DNA from: a virus
Taxonomy: Duplodnaviria > Caudoviricetes
IMG/VR virus record: IMGVR_UViG_3300020576_004352
Coordinates: 1-64,000 of that record
Length of the DNA stretch: 64,000 nt
Reading direction: 5' to 3' (one strand)
Positions 1 through 8,910 of this stretch are shown in pieces. The position numbers and the translations under genes were made by a program. The stretch's first letter is position 1. Every line of letters begins with the position of its first letter. A model generated the notes under the pieces. The model did not search any database. It had not been told where the DNA came from and saw only the letters and a list, made by a program, of their open reading frames with translations.

Positions 1-53
1 ACACAAGAAAGCTGTTCGTAAAATTAATAGATGCATAGCCTCTATGGAAAGCC

Positions 54-344
54 ATGATTTCCCACCAACTTATATGCGTGGACTGCAGCACGAGTGGAGT
101 GGACAGTATAATGAGCACAGATAAGTATATCTCCATAGATAGTCACCTGATAGCGGCTTCTCAGCTTTTGGGTGAGATAGAGAATGATAACACACTGCCC
201 CGGTATAAGAGGGCGGAGGCTATGGAGTTTAGGGCGCGTATACTAGGTATGCGCTCCTCTATATGGCCTCAAACTCAGGAAGAGCCGCAAGGGTGCGAAC
301 CACCACAGTTTGGTATTGAAGATGAAGGAGGAGATATAGCATGA
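54..344 (+). CDS. hypothetical protein
   Basis: ORF track; same strand as neighbours; no recognised motif. Confidence 0.45.
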   Translation: MISHQLICVDCSTSGVDSIMSTDKYISIDSHLIAASQLLGEIENDNTLPRYKRAEAMEFRARILGMRSSIWPQTQEEPQGCEPPQFGIEDEGGDIA

Positions 345-585
345 CTAGATACCGGATCGATAGGAAGAACACATTAGGCGGCTTTAGTTACCTAGTACAG
401 CGTAAGGGGTTTTTGAGATGGAAAACCATCTATGAAGACCGAAACCCGAATGAGGCGCTGATGTTTTATTTTGCCTGTATAAAAGGAGGCAGAGAATGAT
501 CTACGCACTTGTGGTAGTCTACCTATTAGGTGCTTATACCTCGTTCCCCGCTTTTCACTGAAGCCACTGGCTTCGCTACCCGCAT

Positions 586-948
586 GTGAGGCTGACCATG
601 GTGAGCCTGACAGATTGCCCCCTTAATGTTTTGGTGGCCCGTTCTTTGGAGAGCCACGGCTGGGATACCAAGGACATGCTGAAGTATGGCTCCGCTAAAA
701 AGATTTACGTGACATATGTAGGGATAAAAGAGGCTATTGCTTACTTGCTATTTGACCGTGAGACGGGGAAGGCTGAGCTACAGGCCGAGTACCAGAGTGA
801 GGGCCGTAACGTGTTGGGCATGGTGGATAAGACGCTATCAATGTCAGATATTACCGAAACGTCCGCACTTGTGCGGGCCTTCTCTGAAGAGGTTGATAGC
901 ATCGTTAATGATACCTATGCGATGCGCTTGATGAGGGAGGCATACTGA
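586..948 (+). CDS. hypothetical protein (start may be ATG 598)
   Basis: ORF; stop overlaps next start (TGATG) as in a coupled operon. Confidence 0.6.
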   Translation: MRLTMVSLTDCPLNVLVARSLESHGWDTKDMLKYGSAKKIYVTYVGIKEAIAYLLFDRETGKAELQAEYQSEGRNVLGMVDKTLSMSDITETSALVRAFSEEVDSIVNDTYAMRLMREAY

Positions 949-1437
949 TGATTGAATACTATGCGCAAGCCACTCCGCACAATGTGCTGGCTGAGGGTGA
1001 GCCGTTTTTTACCATGATTGACGGGCACCGGGTAAAGCTGGTTTTGCAATATCGCTATGACCGGCTTCCGCAGGAAACTCCCGCAGTGGTGCATTATGCG
1101 AGTGGCAAGATTTTGGCCAGTGTCGCCATGATGCACGCAAAAAAGCTGGCCTATGGTGCCATGCGTGGCCGGAAAGCCCCTTCTGATCGTGATCGTCAAA
1201 GCCTTCAACTGGAAAAAGAATGTGAGCCGGGCGGACTGCACCATGCGCCCGCAAGACCACAAGTGGTACAACGCGGATATGTTCCCTGCGATGCTCAACA
1301 GGATGTACTTCCAGCTTCGCGGCGGTGAGTATGCCACGTGGTGCAGGCTGGATAAACTTCCGCCCGGTGTTACCGTCACACAGGGCAAGAGCTTGCTGGC
1401 GACTGTGACCATTGAGCTGCCTGCGGACTTCAAGTGA
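948..1437 (+). pseudogene. two overlapping out-of-frame ORFs (948..1328, 1153..1437), possibly halves of two genes joined near 1195
   Basis: First ORF looks protein-like up to SDRDR; the second frame looks protein-like from ~1195 to its stop and has no good RBS or start. Confidence 0.35.
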
Positions 1438-1469
1438 ACCGGGGTTCAAAAAAGATGCACGAATGGCAC

Positions 1470-1498
1470 TTGACAAATAAAATGTTATAGGCTAGGGT
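1470..1498 (+). promoter_or_regulatory. sigma70-type promoter, conserved-spacer family
   Basis: TTGACA-17-TAGGGT, spacer AATAAAATGTTATAGGC; RBS CTGGAGAC before ATG 1530. Confidence 0.8.
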
Positions 1499-1529
1499 GC
1501 AGAGGTTGGAAACTAACTGGAGACGTACA

Positions 1530-1709
1530 ATGGCTAAAGCAGACCTTACTTTTACATGGACACCTGATAAAGCAACCGAAACCACGGTGAAGATCGTGGA
1601 AGGATTTGAGAACTATCCGGCATTGGATCGGCTTGACTTCCTTACCGACTGTCGGCGTGTAATTGAAAAACTTTACAGGCAGGCTTCAAAAGATTTCAGC
1701 GGGGAGTAG
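1530..1709 (+). CDS. small early hypothetical protein
   Basis: ATG after GGAG RBS, directly behind promoter. Confidence 0.65.
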   Translation: MAKADLTFTWTPDKATETTVKIVEGFENYPALDRLDFLTDCRRVIEKLYRQASKDFSGE

Positions 1710-1715
1710 GTCGTT

Positions 1716-1886
1716 ATGCGCCGTGATGCAAGTTTTGTGATTGTGCGCAAGGCCGATGGCCAAGCAATCATGGAAACCTTCTCTGCCCGCGTGGCGGAGC
1801 GTGTGAACAAGGACAAGTATGAGGCGGTGCCCATCTTGGACTACCTTGAGCGGCTTAATGCCAAGATTAAAGCGGAGGCTGCATGA
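1716..1886 (+). CDS. small hypothetical protein, 56 aa (MRRDASFVIVRKADG...)
   Basis: Read by eye, below track cutoff; GGGAG RBS; ATGA overlap with next ORF. Confidence 0.6.
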   Translation: MRRDASFVIVRKADGQAIMETFSARVAERVNKDKYEAVPILDYLERLNAKIKAEAA

Positions 1887-2023
1887 TGTTCAAAGTGCAT
1901 GTCGGCTATACGCCTAAGGGCCGTGACCGCTGGAAGCGTTTTGCGACCTTTGAAGCTGCGCAGCGGCTATGTTCTGAGGTGTTCAACAAGACAGGTGTTG
2001 TCCTTACCATCATTGGAGGCTGA
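1883..2023 (+). CDS. small hypothetical protein, 46 aa
   Basis: GGAGG RBS, ATGA coupling; read by eye. Confidence 0.5.
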   Translation: MMFKVHVGYTPKGRDRWKRFATFEAAQRLCSEVFNKTGVVLTIIGG

Positions 2024-2024
2024 T

Positions 2025-2204
2025 ATGGCGTCTGCTACCCCTATTGATAAGGCTGAGCTATTGATGGAAGTGCGAGATTTTCTGAGTATCATCGTATGGA
2101 AGTACGGGGTAGCACTCACAAGTATTTCAGCAGAGTACGATAAGCAGGAAGGCAAGCCCGCTGCTTTTGCTTTGCGTGGCGTGAATATGAAGTATGAGGA
2201 GTGA
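2025..2204 (+). CDS. small hypothetical protein
   Basis: GGAGG RBS before ATG 2025; 3' part of track ORF 1899..2204. Confidence 0.55.
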   Translation: MASATPIDKAELLMEVRDFLSIIVWKYGVALTSISAEYDKQEGKPAAFALRGVNMKYEE

Positions 2205-2650
2205 TACTGATGCTTGAGGTTGTCTGCCTGCGCGGCTTGCCCGGAAGTGGTAAGACCACACTTGCCAATGAAATTATCCGTGAGACGGGTGGCAAGTACG
2301 TACACTATGAGGCCGATCAGTGGATGATTGATCCGGCCAGTGGTTTATACCGGTTTGACTACAAGCGCCTGCCTGAGTGTCACCAGAAGTGCCAAGAGGC
2401 TACCTATAAAGCCCTCAGTGAGGCGAAGAAGAGCGTGATTGTGTCCAACACGTTTGTCATGCAGTGGGAGCTGGCGAACTATGTGGATATTGCCCGCCGT
2501 AACAGTGCGTCTTTCCGGGTGATCGCCCTGCGGGGTAATTTTGGAAGCGTGCATGAGGTTCCGCAGTCTGTGGTGGACAGCATGGCTTCGCGGTGGCAGA
2601 GCTGGCCCGGTGAAACAATCATTGGGGAGGAAAGGGCACCCTTGCTATGA
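2201..2650 (+). CDS. P-loop kinase (AAA_33 / polynucleotide-kinase-like)
   Basis: Walker A GLPGSGKTT, plus VSNTF and GSVHEVP...M motifs typical of this phage family. Confidence 0.8.
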   Translation: MILMLEVVCLRGLPGSGKTTLANEIIRETGGKYVHYEADQWMIDPASGLYRFDYKRLPECHQKCQEATYKALSEAKKSVIVSNTFVMQWELANYVDIARRNSASFRVIALRGNFGSVHEVPQSVVDSMASRWQSWPGETIIGEERAPLL

Positions 2651-2710
2651 GTATGTTGACCTTGAGAAGTGTGAGCATTGTCCAACGGCTAGAAAGGTAG
2701 GGCACGTAAA

Positions 2711-3235
2711 ATGATACTCAAAGACCGTATCCGGCAATGGCTGGGCCTTCGTAAGCTGGCCTTCTTTGTGAAGGACAAAGGCGAATGGGTGACCATGTTC
2801 ATTGAGCTGGATCGCCGGGGCAATGGCTTCACCTTTTCCATGGTGGGGAGCTTTGTTGACGGTGGGCACTATTGGTCAAGCCCCGGTGAGAATTGGCGCA
2901 GTTTTCTAAAGTCACTCGACCGGGATTACTTTGGTGGGAAGATATTAGCAGGCGGGTATAAGGTATTTGACCCTGAAGCTACTATCGCACACGCCCAAAA
3001 GAAGATTATTCAATGGCGCAAAGAAGGGCATTTAGATACTGAACAGGCTCGTAATATGTGGGATGAGCTACGTTTGCGTGGGGATGACCTTATACACGAG
3101 TGCCAGCTATTCGAGTGGCTTTCACCGTATTGCGACGACCCTTACGATATATCAGAGCTTGTGTGCAGGTCACCGCACCAGCAATTCACAGAGTTTTATA
3201 ACCGCCTGTGGCCGAAGTTATTGGCGCAGCTATAG
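2711..3235 (+). CDS. hypothetical protein
   Basis: 174-aa ORF in the operon. Confidence 0.65.
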   Translation: MILKDRIRQWLGLRKLAFFVKDKGEWVTMFIELDRRGNGFTFSMVGSFVDGGHYWSSPGENWRSFLKSLDRDYFGGKILAGGYKVFDPEATIAHAQKKIIQWRKEGHLDTEQARNMWDELRLRGDDLIHECQLFEWLSPYCDDPYDISELVCRSPHQQFTEFYNRLWPKLLAQL

Positions 3236-3244
3236 GAGAGCAGA

Positions 3245-3910
3245 ATGGCACAGATACCGACCGCATACCCGTTGCATTGGCCCCCGAATTATCCGCGCAC
3301 CCGGAGCGTGATAAAGAGCCAATTCAAAACCAGCGTAAGCGGGGCGCTTAAGAACGTGCAGGCTAGCATTGCCGCCTTCAGCAAGGACAGCGGCAAGCAG
3401 GTGAGTGAGCTGACGATTAGCAGTAATTACAGCCTCACTACGCCTTCCCCCAAAGATGCTGGCGTGGCCGTGTATTTCACGTGGGACGGGATCAGCACCT
3501 GCATTGCGGTTGACCGGTATGCCAAGATTGAAGAAAACTTGCAGGCCATTCACCATGTCATAGAAGCCGAGCGGGGAGAGAAGCTTGAGACTGCTCTCCG
3601 GCTTGCACAGGCTGAACTTATGTCCCTGCACGTCCAGTTTGGTGACAAGGACAATGCACTGAAGCACAGCAAGGCCCTGCGGGAGGCCGATAAAGTGCTC
3701 GCGCCAAATCAGCCGGATGAAGAGAAGCTGTGCCCAGTCTGTTACCATCCACCTTGTGATAAATGCCCCACCTGTAAGGACGCTCCGGGTGCGGATGTGT
3801 CACCTTGCAAGACGTGCGGAGGGGCAGAGAACTTTGAGGTTAACTATAAAGGCGTCTGGGAGAAATGCCCGCACTGTAAGGGAACTGGAATAGAGCCTGC
3901 TGACGGGTAG
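3245..3910 (+). CDS. chimeric protein: N-terminal domain of phage J-domain protein family plus Cys-rich zinc-finger tail
   Basis: YPLHWP..YPRT, GVAVYF, DRY...NLQAI..VIEA.RG motifs; C-terminal CKTCGG and CPHCKGTG; no HPD J-domain. Confidence 0.6.
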   Translation: MAQIPTAYPLHWPPNYPRTRSVIKSQFKTSVSGALKNVQASIAAFSKDSGKQVSELTISSNYSLTTPSPKDAGVAVYFTWDGISTCIAVDRYAKIEENLQAIHHVIEAERGEKLETALRLAQAELMSLHVQFGDKDNALKHSKALREADKVLAPNQPDEEKLCPVCYHPPCDKCPTCKDAPGADVSPCKTCGGAENFEVNYKGVWEKCPHCKGTGIEPADG

Positions 3911-4461
3911 TCAGTTGTACGAGACGTGGCACCTTCTTAGCGGGAGTAGGGAGTTGATCGCCCTGAGGCCCGTGACAGAGGCGAAGCGGCTAGGTTGAAC
4001 GGCGTGCCAACTAGTATGCCTAGCGCCCGATCCCAAGGGTAAAACATGTTTCTGCTTGCAAAAGGACGGCTCCAGTAGCCGAAAGACAGGTGTGATACCT
4101 GTTGAGCTGGCCCGGTAGGGAGCTGCGCCTCTACATGGGAGTATGCCGCTGAAAGGTTGGTATCGCAGCACCGAGTGGTGTAACAGAGCACATACCGCAT
4201 AGACCCGTTGCCTTTTCTATCGGTAACCATTCCGATGTTAGGGAAGATGATAGGCGGTAAGGTGGGGGAGAATTGCCCCTCTCGGTTAAAGGTTTCTTAT
4301 TAGGCGGGGGCTTATATATAAGTGCCCTTGCCTATGTGGCCGGTGGAAGCCGGTTACCAGTCTGGCTATGGGTGGTGTAAGGATAACACGACTGGCATCA
4401 CCTCTTGGGGAGGCTGACTAGCTGGTAGATGCGGGGTTCAAACCCCTGCCCCTAGCCGGGC
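3911..4461 (+). ncRNA. candidate large structured ncRNA ending in a tRNA-like domain
   Basis: No credible + strand ORF; many hairpins (3989-4024, 4067-4081, 4086-4102, 4219-4236, 4301-4334, 4336-4357) then D-arm and T-arm. Confidence 0.6.
4360..4461 (+). ncRNA. tRNA-like element with 26-nt expanded anticodon loop and extended acceptor stem
   Basis: D-arm GTGT-AAGGATA-ACAC, T-arm CGGGG-TTCAAAC-CCCTG, flanks GTCTGGCTA/TAGCCGGGC pair; no CCA. Confidence 0.6.
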
Positions 4462-4485
4462 TCACTCTTTCAGAAAGGAAGAACT

Positions 4486-5227
4486 ATGGTTGAAGCATTA
4501 TGTGAAGATGAGGGCTGCCCCCAACACGGCACTCCGCATGTCTGTACCGGAAGCGATAAGAGCGTCACCATATCGCAGGAGCTGCTGGACAAGATGATCG
4601 AGGGCCTTAATGTGTTTCGAGGTGTGCTGCCCAATCGCAAGCACGGGCAGGTCATGACATTGCAGGAGGTATTCACTGCCTTGAAGAACCTGCGGAGCTC
4701 GTGCAATTGATCGGCGTGTTGAAGCAGGTCATGCGGGAGCTTGAGGTATACCGCAATAACCACAAGGTACTCCGGCGGCGGGCTGAAGAGTGGCGCGAGA
4801 CGTTTCCTGAGGACGCTGTGAATTGTGCCATTGAGGCGGAAGGGTGCTACCGCATGACACAGCACCTGCAACGGGCACAGGCTGCGCTTATTGAGGCCGT
4901 GTGCTTTAAGCACAGGAATGAACCGGGGTTCAAAATTGAAGAGGAGCTGCGTAAATGAACAGGCATGACAGGCGTATGGCCGTGGCCAAGGCTCGCAAAG
5001 ACCGCAAGGCGTTTGGCCGCAACTTCAAGACCGGCTACACAGGCCAGAACTTCAAGGTGATGTGTACCTATAACCGCGTGCCGAATTACCTGCTGGGCTG
5101 GACGAATGATCCGCAGGGCGGTAACCTGATGAAACTCGCGGCCATGCACCCTGAGATAACAGATGCTTGTGTCATGCCGGTTACTGATGAAGAACGCCAT
5201 AAAAATATGGGTGGCAAAGTCCACTAA
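4486..5227 (+). CDS. three small overlapping hypothetical ORFs (4486..4710, 4701..4958, 4955..5227)
   Basis: ORF track; AAGGA RBS at the first; ATGA coupling at the third. Confidence 0.55.
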
Positions 5228-5364
5228 CCGAAGCTATACTGACCCTATTAACGGAGGATACCGCTTTGGCTGGACTGAGAATAGACCGTCAATAAGCCAA
5301 TATGCGCGGGGTTGGTCTTATGGTATAAAAATAAGGCGTACAGTACGACACAGCGGAGGCGTAT

Positions 5365-5721
5365 ATGACACCGGTTTCTAAAGATTACACAATTTACCAA
5401 GGTTCTGTGTTTAACACGAATGGTATCCGCTGGAAAAACTCGGACGGCACGACCAAGGATTTAACCGGCTATACAGCTCGCGCTTTTTTCAAGAGAAAGA
5501 TAACTGACGCTTCGGCGGCGTTTGAGTGTACTAACGGGAATGGTCGGCTTGAAATTACCGGCCTAGACGGAAAAGTCATGTTCAATTTATCCTCTGCCGA
5601 TACCGATACCCTAAGCGGCACGTATTTCTATGACCTCGAACTAGTGCCACCCGGAGAGCCTAGTCAAGCGACCCAAATACTGCGCGGTAAAATAAACGTA
5701 GTTTCCTCGGTGACGAAATGA
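5365..5721 (+). CDS. virion-associated beta-sandwich protein (BppU-N-like)
   Basis: DLTGYTARA...G.L.I....G.V.F.LS..DT....G.YFYDLELV pattern; GGAGG RBS. Confidence 0.6.
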   Translation: MTPVSKDYTIYQGSVFNTNGIRWKNSDGTTKDLTGYTARAFFKRKITDASAAFECTNGNGRLEITGLDGKVMFNLSSADTDTLSGTYFYDLELVPPGEPSQATQILRGKINVVSSVTK

Positions 5722-6008
5722 GTAGTCAGGAAATCATTGAGCATATCCAGACTACCTTCGAGGTTGTAGAGGTCATAGATGCTGGGCCTAAGGGTGAGAA
5801 AGGCGAACCGGGAGAAACCGGTGCGAATTTCACGTTTAGTAGCCCCGCGACAAGCTGGACTATAAATCATAACTTGGGATACCGGCCTATCGTCACCTTG
5901 CTCTCTATAGGAGGGCTTGATATAGAGGGACAAATAGTTCATACTAGCCTTAACCAAGTGGTAGCCAGTTTTGTTATCGCTACGGCTGGCAGCGCACGAG
6001 TAGTGTAG
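5718..6008 (+). CDS. putative virion accessory protein with short collagen-like segment
   Basis: GPKGEKGEPGETG; WTINHNLG motif. Confidence 0.6.
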   Translation: MSSQEIIEHIQTTFEVVEVIDAGPKGEKGEPGETGANFTFSSPATSWTINHNLGYRPIVTLLSIGGLDIEGQIVHTSLNQVVASFVIATAGSARVV

Positions 6009-6024
6009 GAAAAGGAGCTTTTCA

Positions 6025-6816
6025 ATGTCTAAGAATATCCTCACTGATTTAGATTTTAATAATGCCGCCAAAATCACTAATCTGCCTAACCCTACTTCGG
6101 CTCAGGATGCGGCCACAAAAGGATACGTTGATAGTGCGGTAGAGGGTCTTGCTTGGAAAGATAGCGCACGCGCCTCTACTCAGGGAAATATTAACCTGTC
6201 TTCTCCGGGTTCGACTATTGACGGCGTAACCATGGCTACAAACGATCGGGTGCTTGTCCGTGCGCAAAGCACTCAGTTGCAGAACGGTATTTATATTTGG
6301 AATGGCGCTGCTACGCCAATGACACGCGCTCTTGACGCCAGTACGTCGGCTGAGCTTGAGCAGGCGATCTTGACAGTGGAGGAAGGTACCGACGCTGGAG
6401 CTACTTTTCGTCAGACCCAAGTAAACTTTACACTCGATAGCGGTAACGTAGTCTTCGCGTCGTTTGGTACCGCCGCACCTTCTGCGAGTGAAACCGTGGC
6501 CGGTGTGGCAGAAATCGCTACGCAAGCCGAGACTGATACTGGATCGGACGACGCCCGGATTGTGACGCCTCTTAAGTTGGCCACTTATGCAGGCCGCAAG
6601 CGCAAATTATCGCAGAATATTGGTGATGGCTCCGCCACTCAGTTTACTGTTACGCATAACTTCGGTATGCGTGATGTGGCCGTAGAGGTCTATCGTAATG
6701 GCGGTAACTATGACACTGTGCTATGTGATGTAGAGCGCACGTCTACTAACGCGGTGCGCCTGACCTTTGCTTCGGCTCCTACTACTAACCAGTATAACGT
6801 CGTGGTAATCGGCTAA
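6025..6816 (+). CDS. putative fibre/decoration protein
   Basis: ITNLPNPT...DAATK.YVD and ATQAE..G..VTP fibre motifs; strong AAGGAG RBS. Confidence 0.65.
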   Translation: MSKNILTDLDFNNAAKITNLPNPTSAQDAATKGYVDSAVEGLAWKDSARASTQGNINLSSPGSTIDGVTMATNDRVLVRAQSTQLQNGIYIWNGAATPMTRALDASTSAELEQAILTVEEGTDAGATFRQTQVNFTLDSGNVVFASFGTAAPSASETVAGVAEIATQAETDTGSDDARIVTPLKLATYAGRKRKLSQNIGDGSATQFTVTHNFGMRDVAVEVYRNGGNYDTVLCDVERTSTNAVRLTFASAPTTNQYNVVVIG

Positions 6817-7061
6817 TGGCTAAAGAGATACTTTCTGACCTTGACTTCAAGGACGCGGCGAGGCCGATAAACCTTCCCGCCCCAACGCTGTCTCATCATG
6901 CTGCTACTAAAGCATACGTAGATACAGCGGTAGCAAGCGGCGGCAGTATGGTAGGTGAACCGGTTTTTGTACAAGATACTGAACCGGTGCATCCGGGGCC
7001 TTATGTGTGGTTTGATATATCTGGCGGTAATCTTCAGATTAAGTATCATGACGGAGTATAG
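6816..7061 (+). CDS. small fibre-related protein, N-terminus paralogous to 6025..6816
   Basis: MAKEILSDLDF...INLPAPT...AATKAYVD matches the start of the previous gene. Confidence 0.6.
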   Translation: MAKEILSDLDFKDAARPINLPAPTLSHHAATKAYVDTAVASGGSMVGEPVFVQDTEPVHPGPYVWFDISGGNLQIKYHDGV

Positions 7062-7063
7062 CT

Positions 7064-7363
7064 ATGCCTTTACAGAACGCGCTTGGTGACATTGCACTGG
7101 ACTCGACCTCGCAGTCCATTCGAGACTTGCAAACCGACATCCGTGGGCTAACCGATACCTTGACGGTTCTTCTCGCCGCTGTTCTTGAGAAAATGCCGCG
7201 CGTTACGGCCAACGATCAAGCTGCGGTAAGCATTGAAGGCGGAACTTTGCCCTGGGTGACCACCGTTACAAGCATCAGCGGACTAGGCTCCAAATACTCT
7301 TCGGGGGATAACGTTAATCTGGCGGGGTGCCAGCACATTTACTCCAACATTACGGTGACATGA
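7064..7363 (+). CDS. hypothetical protein of accessory cassette
   Basis: ORF coupled to both neighbours. Confidence 0.6.
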   Translation: MPLQNALGDIALDSTSQSIRDLQTDIRGLTDTLTVLLAAVLEKMPRVTANDQAAVSIEGGTLPWVTTVTSISGLGSKYSSGDNVNLAGCQHIYSNITVT

Positions 7364-8823
7364 TGACGACTACAGTGAACTTAAGAAAACTACTTCACCG
7401 CAAGGCATGGGAGAGCTGCACTTCATCCCCGGCATCTACGGCTACGGGGGCATTTGTAGTGTCTGACAAACACGACCTTAATAACGGGTCACGCGCGTAT
7501 CTTATTGTAAGCGCCACCCTGACTTATCTTTACGAGGGAGCGGAAGACGGGTGGCAGCAACTTCCTGCGTCCGGAATTTCCGGTACGTTTGGAGCCGGAG
7601 CCTGCGGAGAGTACAGAGGTTTGGGCGCTATGGGTGGGGTGTTCACCCAGACTGCCACGGCAGGAACGACGACGACGATCACGACGAACCGAACCATAGT
7701 CCGGCAGATGCCCGGGCAGAGGGTTCGTGTCGTAGCCGGAACCGGCGTAGGCTACGAAGGTACAGTCGCTAGCAATACGTTGGGGGCCAACTCGGTCATT
7801 ACTGTCACGCCAGCAAGCTCTGTAGCTTTCGACGCTACCACGCAGTTTCAGGTTTACTCTGGGTCTGTATGGTTTTTCTGCCCCGGCGCTGGAACCGTTG
7901 GATTCTCTGTTTACGACGTAGCGACTAACTCTTGGACCGCCCGGTCTGTCACAAACATTCCTACGTCATTCGGCACTGACGGTGCCTTAGTGAGTACGTT
8001 AGGGAGTGCCGCGACTTTCGCATCGGGTACAGCAACCGCAGGTGCCTCAACTACGCTTACGAATGACGCGAAGTCTTGGGCAACGAATATGTGGGCTAAC
8101 TACCAAGTCCGCATCACGGGAGGTACGGGCAAAGGGCAGATCAGAACGATTGCCAGCAACACCTCTACCGTTCTCACGGTATCCTCAGCTTGGACAGTGA
8201 CGCCGGACGCTACCAGCACCTACAGCATCGAGGGTAACGACGACTACCTGTATCTGCTCGGAAACAACGCCGTCACGATGTACAGGTTCAGCGTTTCTGG
8301 CAACGCTTGGACTGTACTATCTCCTACAGCGGCACGGTCTGGCGCTCCGGGTGCGGGGCTGTCGGCAAACTGGATTGATAGTGTAGCCGCATGGAACGAA
8401 TTGGAGACCGCTCCCAACCACCATTCCGGTACAATCTTCAAACAGAACGGCCGGTATATCTACAGTTTCAGAGGTGGCGCGACTTCGACGCTAGACGTTT
8501 ACGATATTGCCGCAGACACGTGGGTATCAGGCGTTTCCTACGGCGGGAAGATGGAAACGTTCACCACCGGATCAAGTGCTGTCGATATAGCCGGTGCCAT
8601 CTATATCAACAAGGAAGCTACGGGACGCATCTTCCGATTTGATGTTGATTACAACAGGCTTCTTCCGGTGGCAACCAATACAAACCAAGGTGCTTTGGGC
8701 GGAACTGCCGTCGTCGGAAATAGGATGTTCCTACTGCCGTACACTGACGGAGGTACGACAATCTACTTTGGTTATGTACTCCGCCACTCTGCGGCTGACC
8801 TCATGAGAATGTTGGTGATCTAA
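7360..8823 (+). CDS. Thr/Gly-rich beta-propeller-like virion accessory protein with two inserted repeats
   Basis: Kelch-like Y....W repeats; two copies of TATAG.TT.T...(Q/R)VR...GTG.G..R/GT.ASNT; ATGA overlap gives start 7360. Confidence 0.6.
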   Translation: MMTTTVNLRKLLHRKAWESCTSSPASTATGAFVVSDKHDLNNGSRAYLIVSATLTYLYEGAEDGWQQLPASGISGTFGAGACGEYRGLGAMGGVFTQTATAGTTTTITTNRTIVRQMPGQRVRVVAGTGVGYEGTVASNTLGANSVITVTPASSVAFDATTQFQVYSGSVWFFCPGAGTVGFSVYDVATNSWTARSVTNIPTSFGTDGALVSTLGSAATFASGTATAGASTTLTNDAKSWATNMWANYQVRITGGTGKGQIRTIASNTSTVLTVSSAWTVTPDATSTYSIEGNDDYLYLLGNNAVTMYRFSVSGNAWTVLSPTAARSGAPGAGLSANWIDSVAAWNELETAPNHHSGTIFKQNGRYIYSFRGGATSTLDVYDIAADTWVSGVSYGGKMETFTTGSSAVDIAGAIYINKEATGRIFRFDVDYNRLLPVATNTNQGALGGTAVVGNRMFLLPYTDGGTTIYFGYVLRHSAADLMRMLVI

Positions 8824-8910
8824 TTCTTCGTCTAGTATAGCGTATGATTTTGTATTACAAGGATAGCCACAGTAGGCCGTTTTGGCTATGTATCAACCAA
8901 CTAAGGGAGT

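Noticed and set aside
1470-1498. CtrA boxes in the promoter family
   Set aside because: They do not match TTAA-N7-TTAA.
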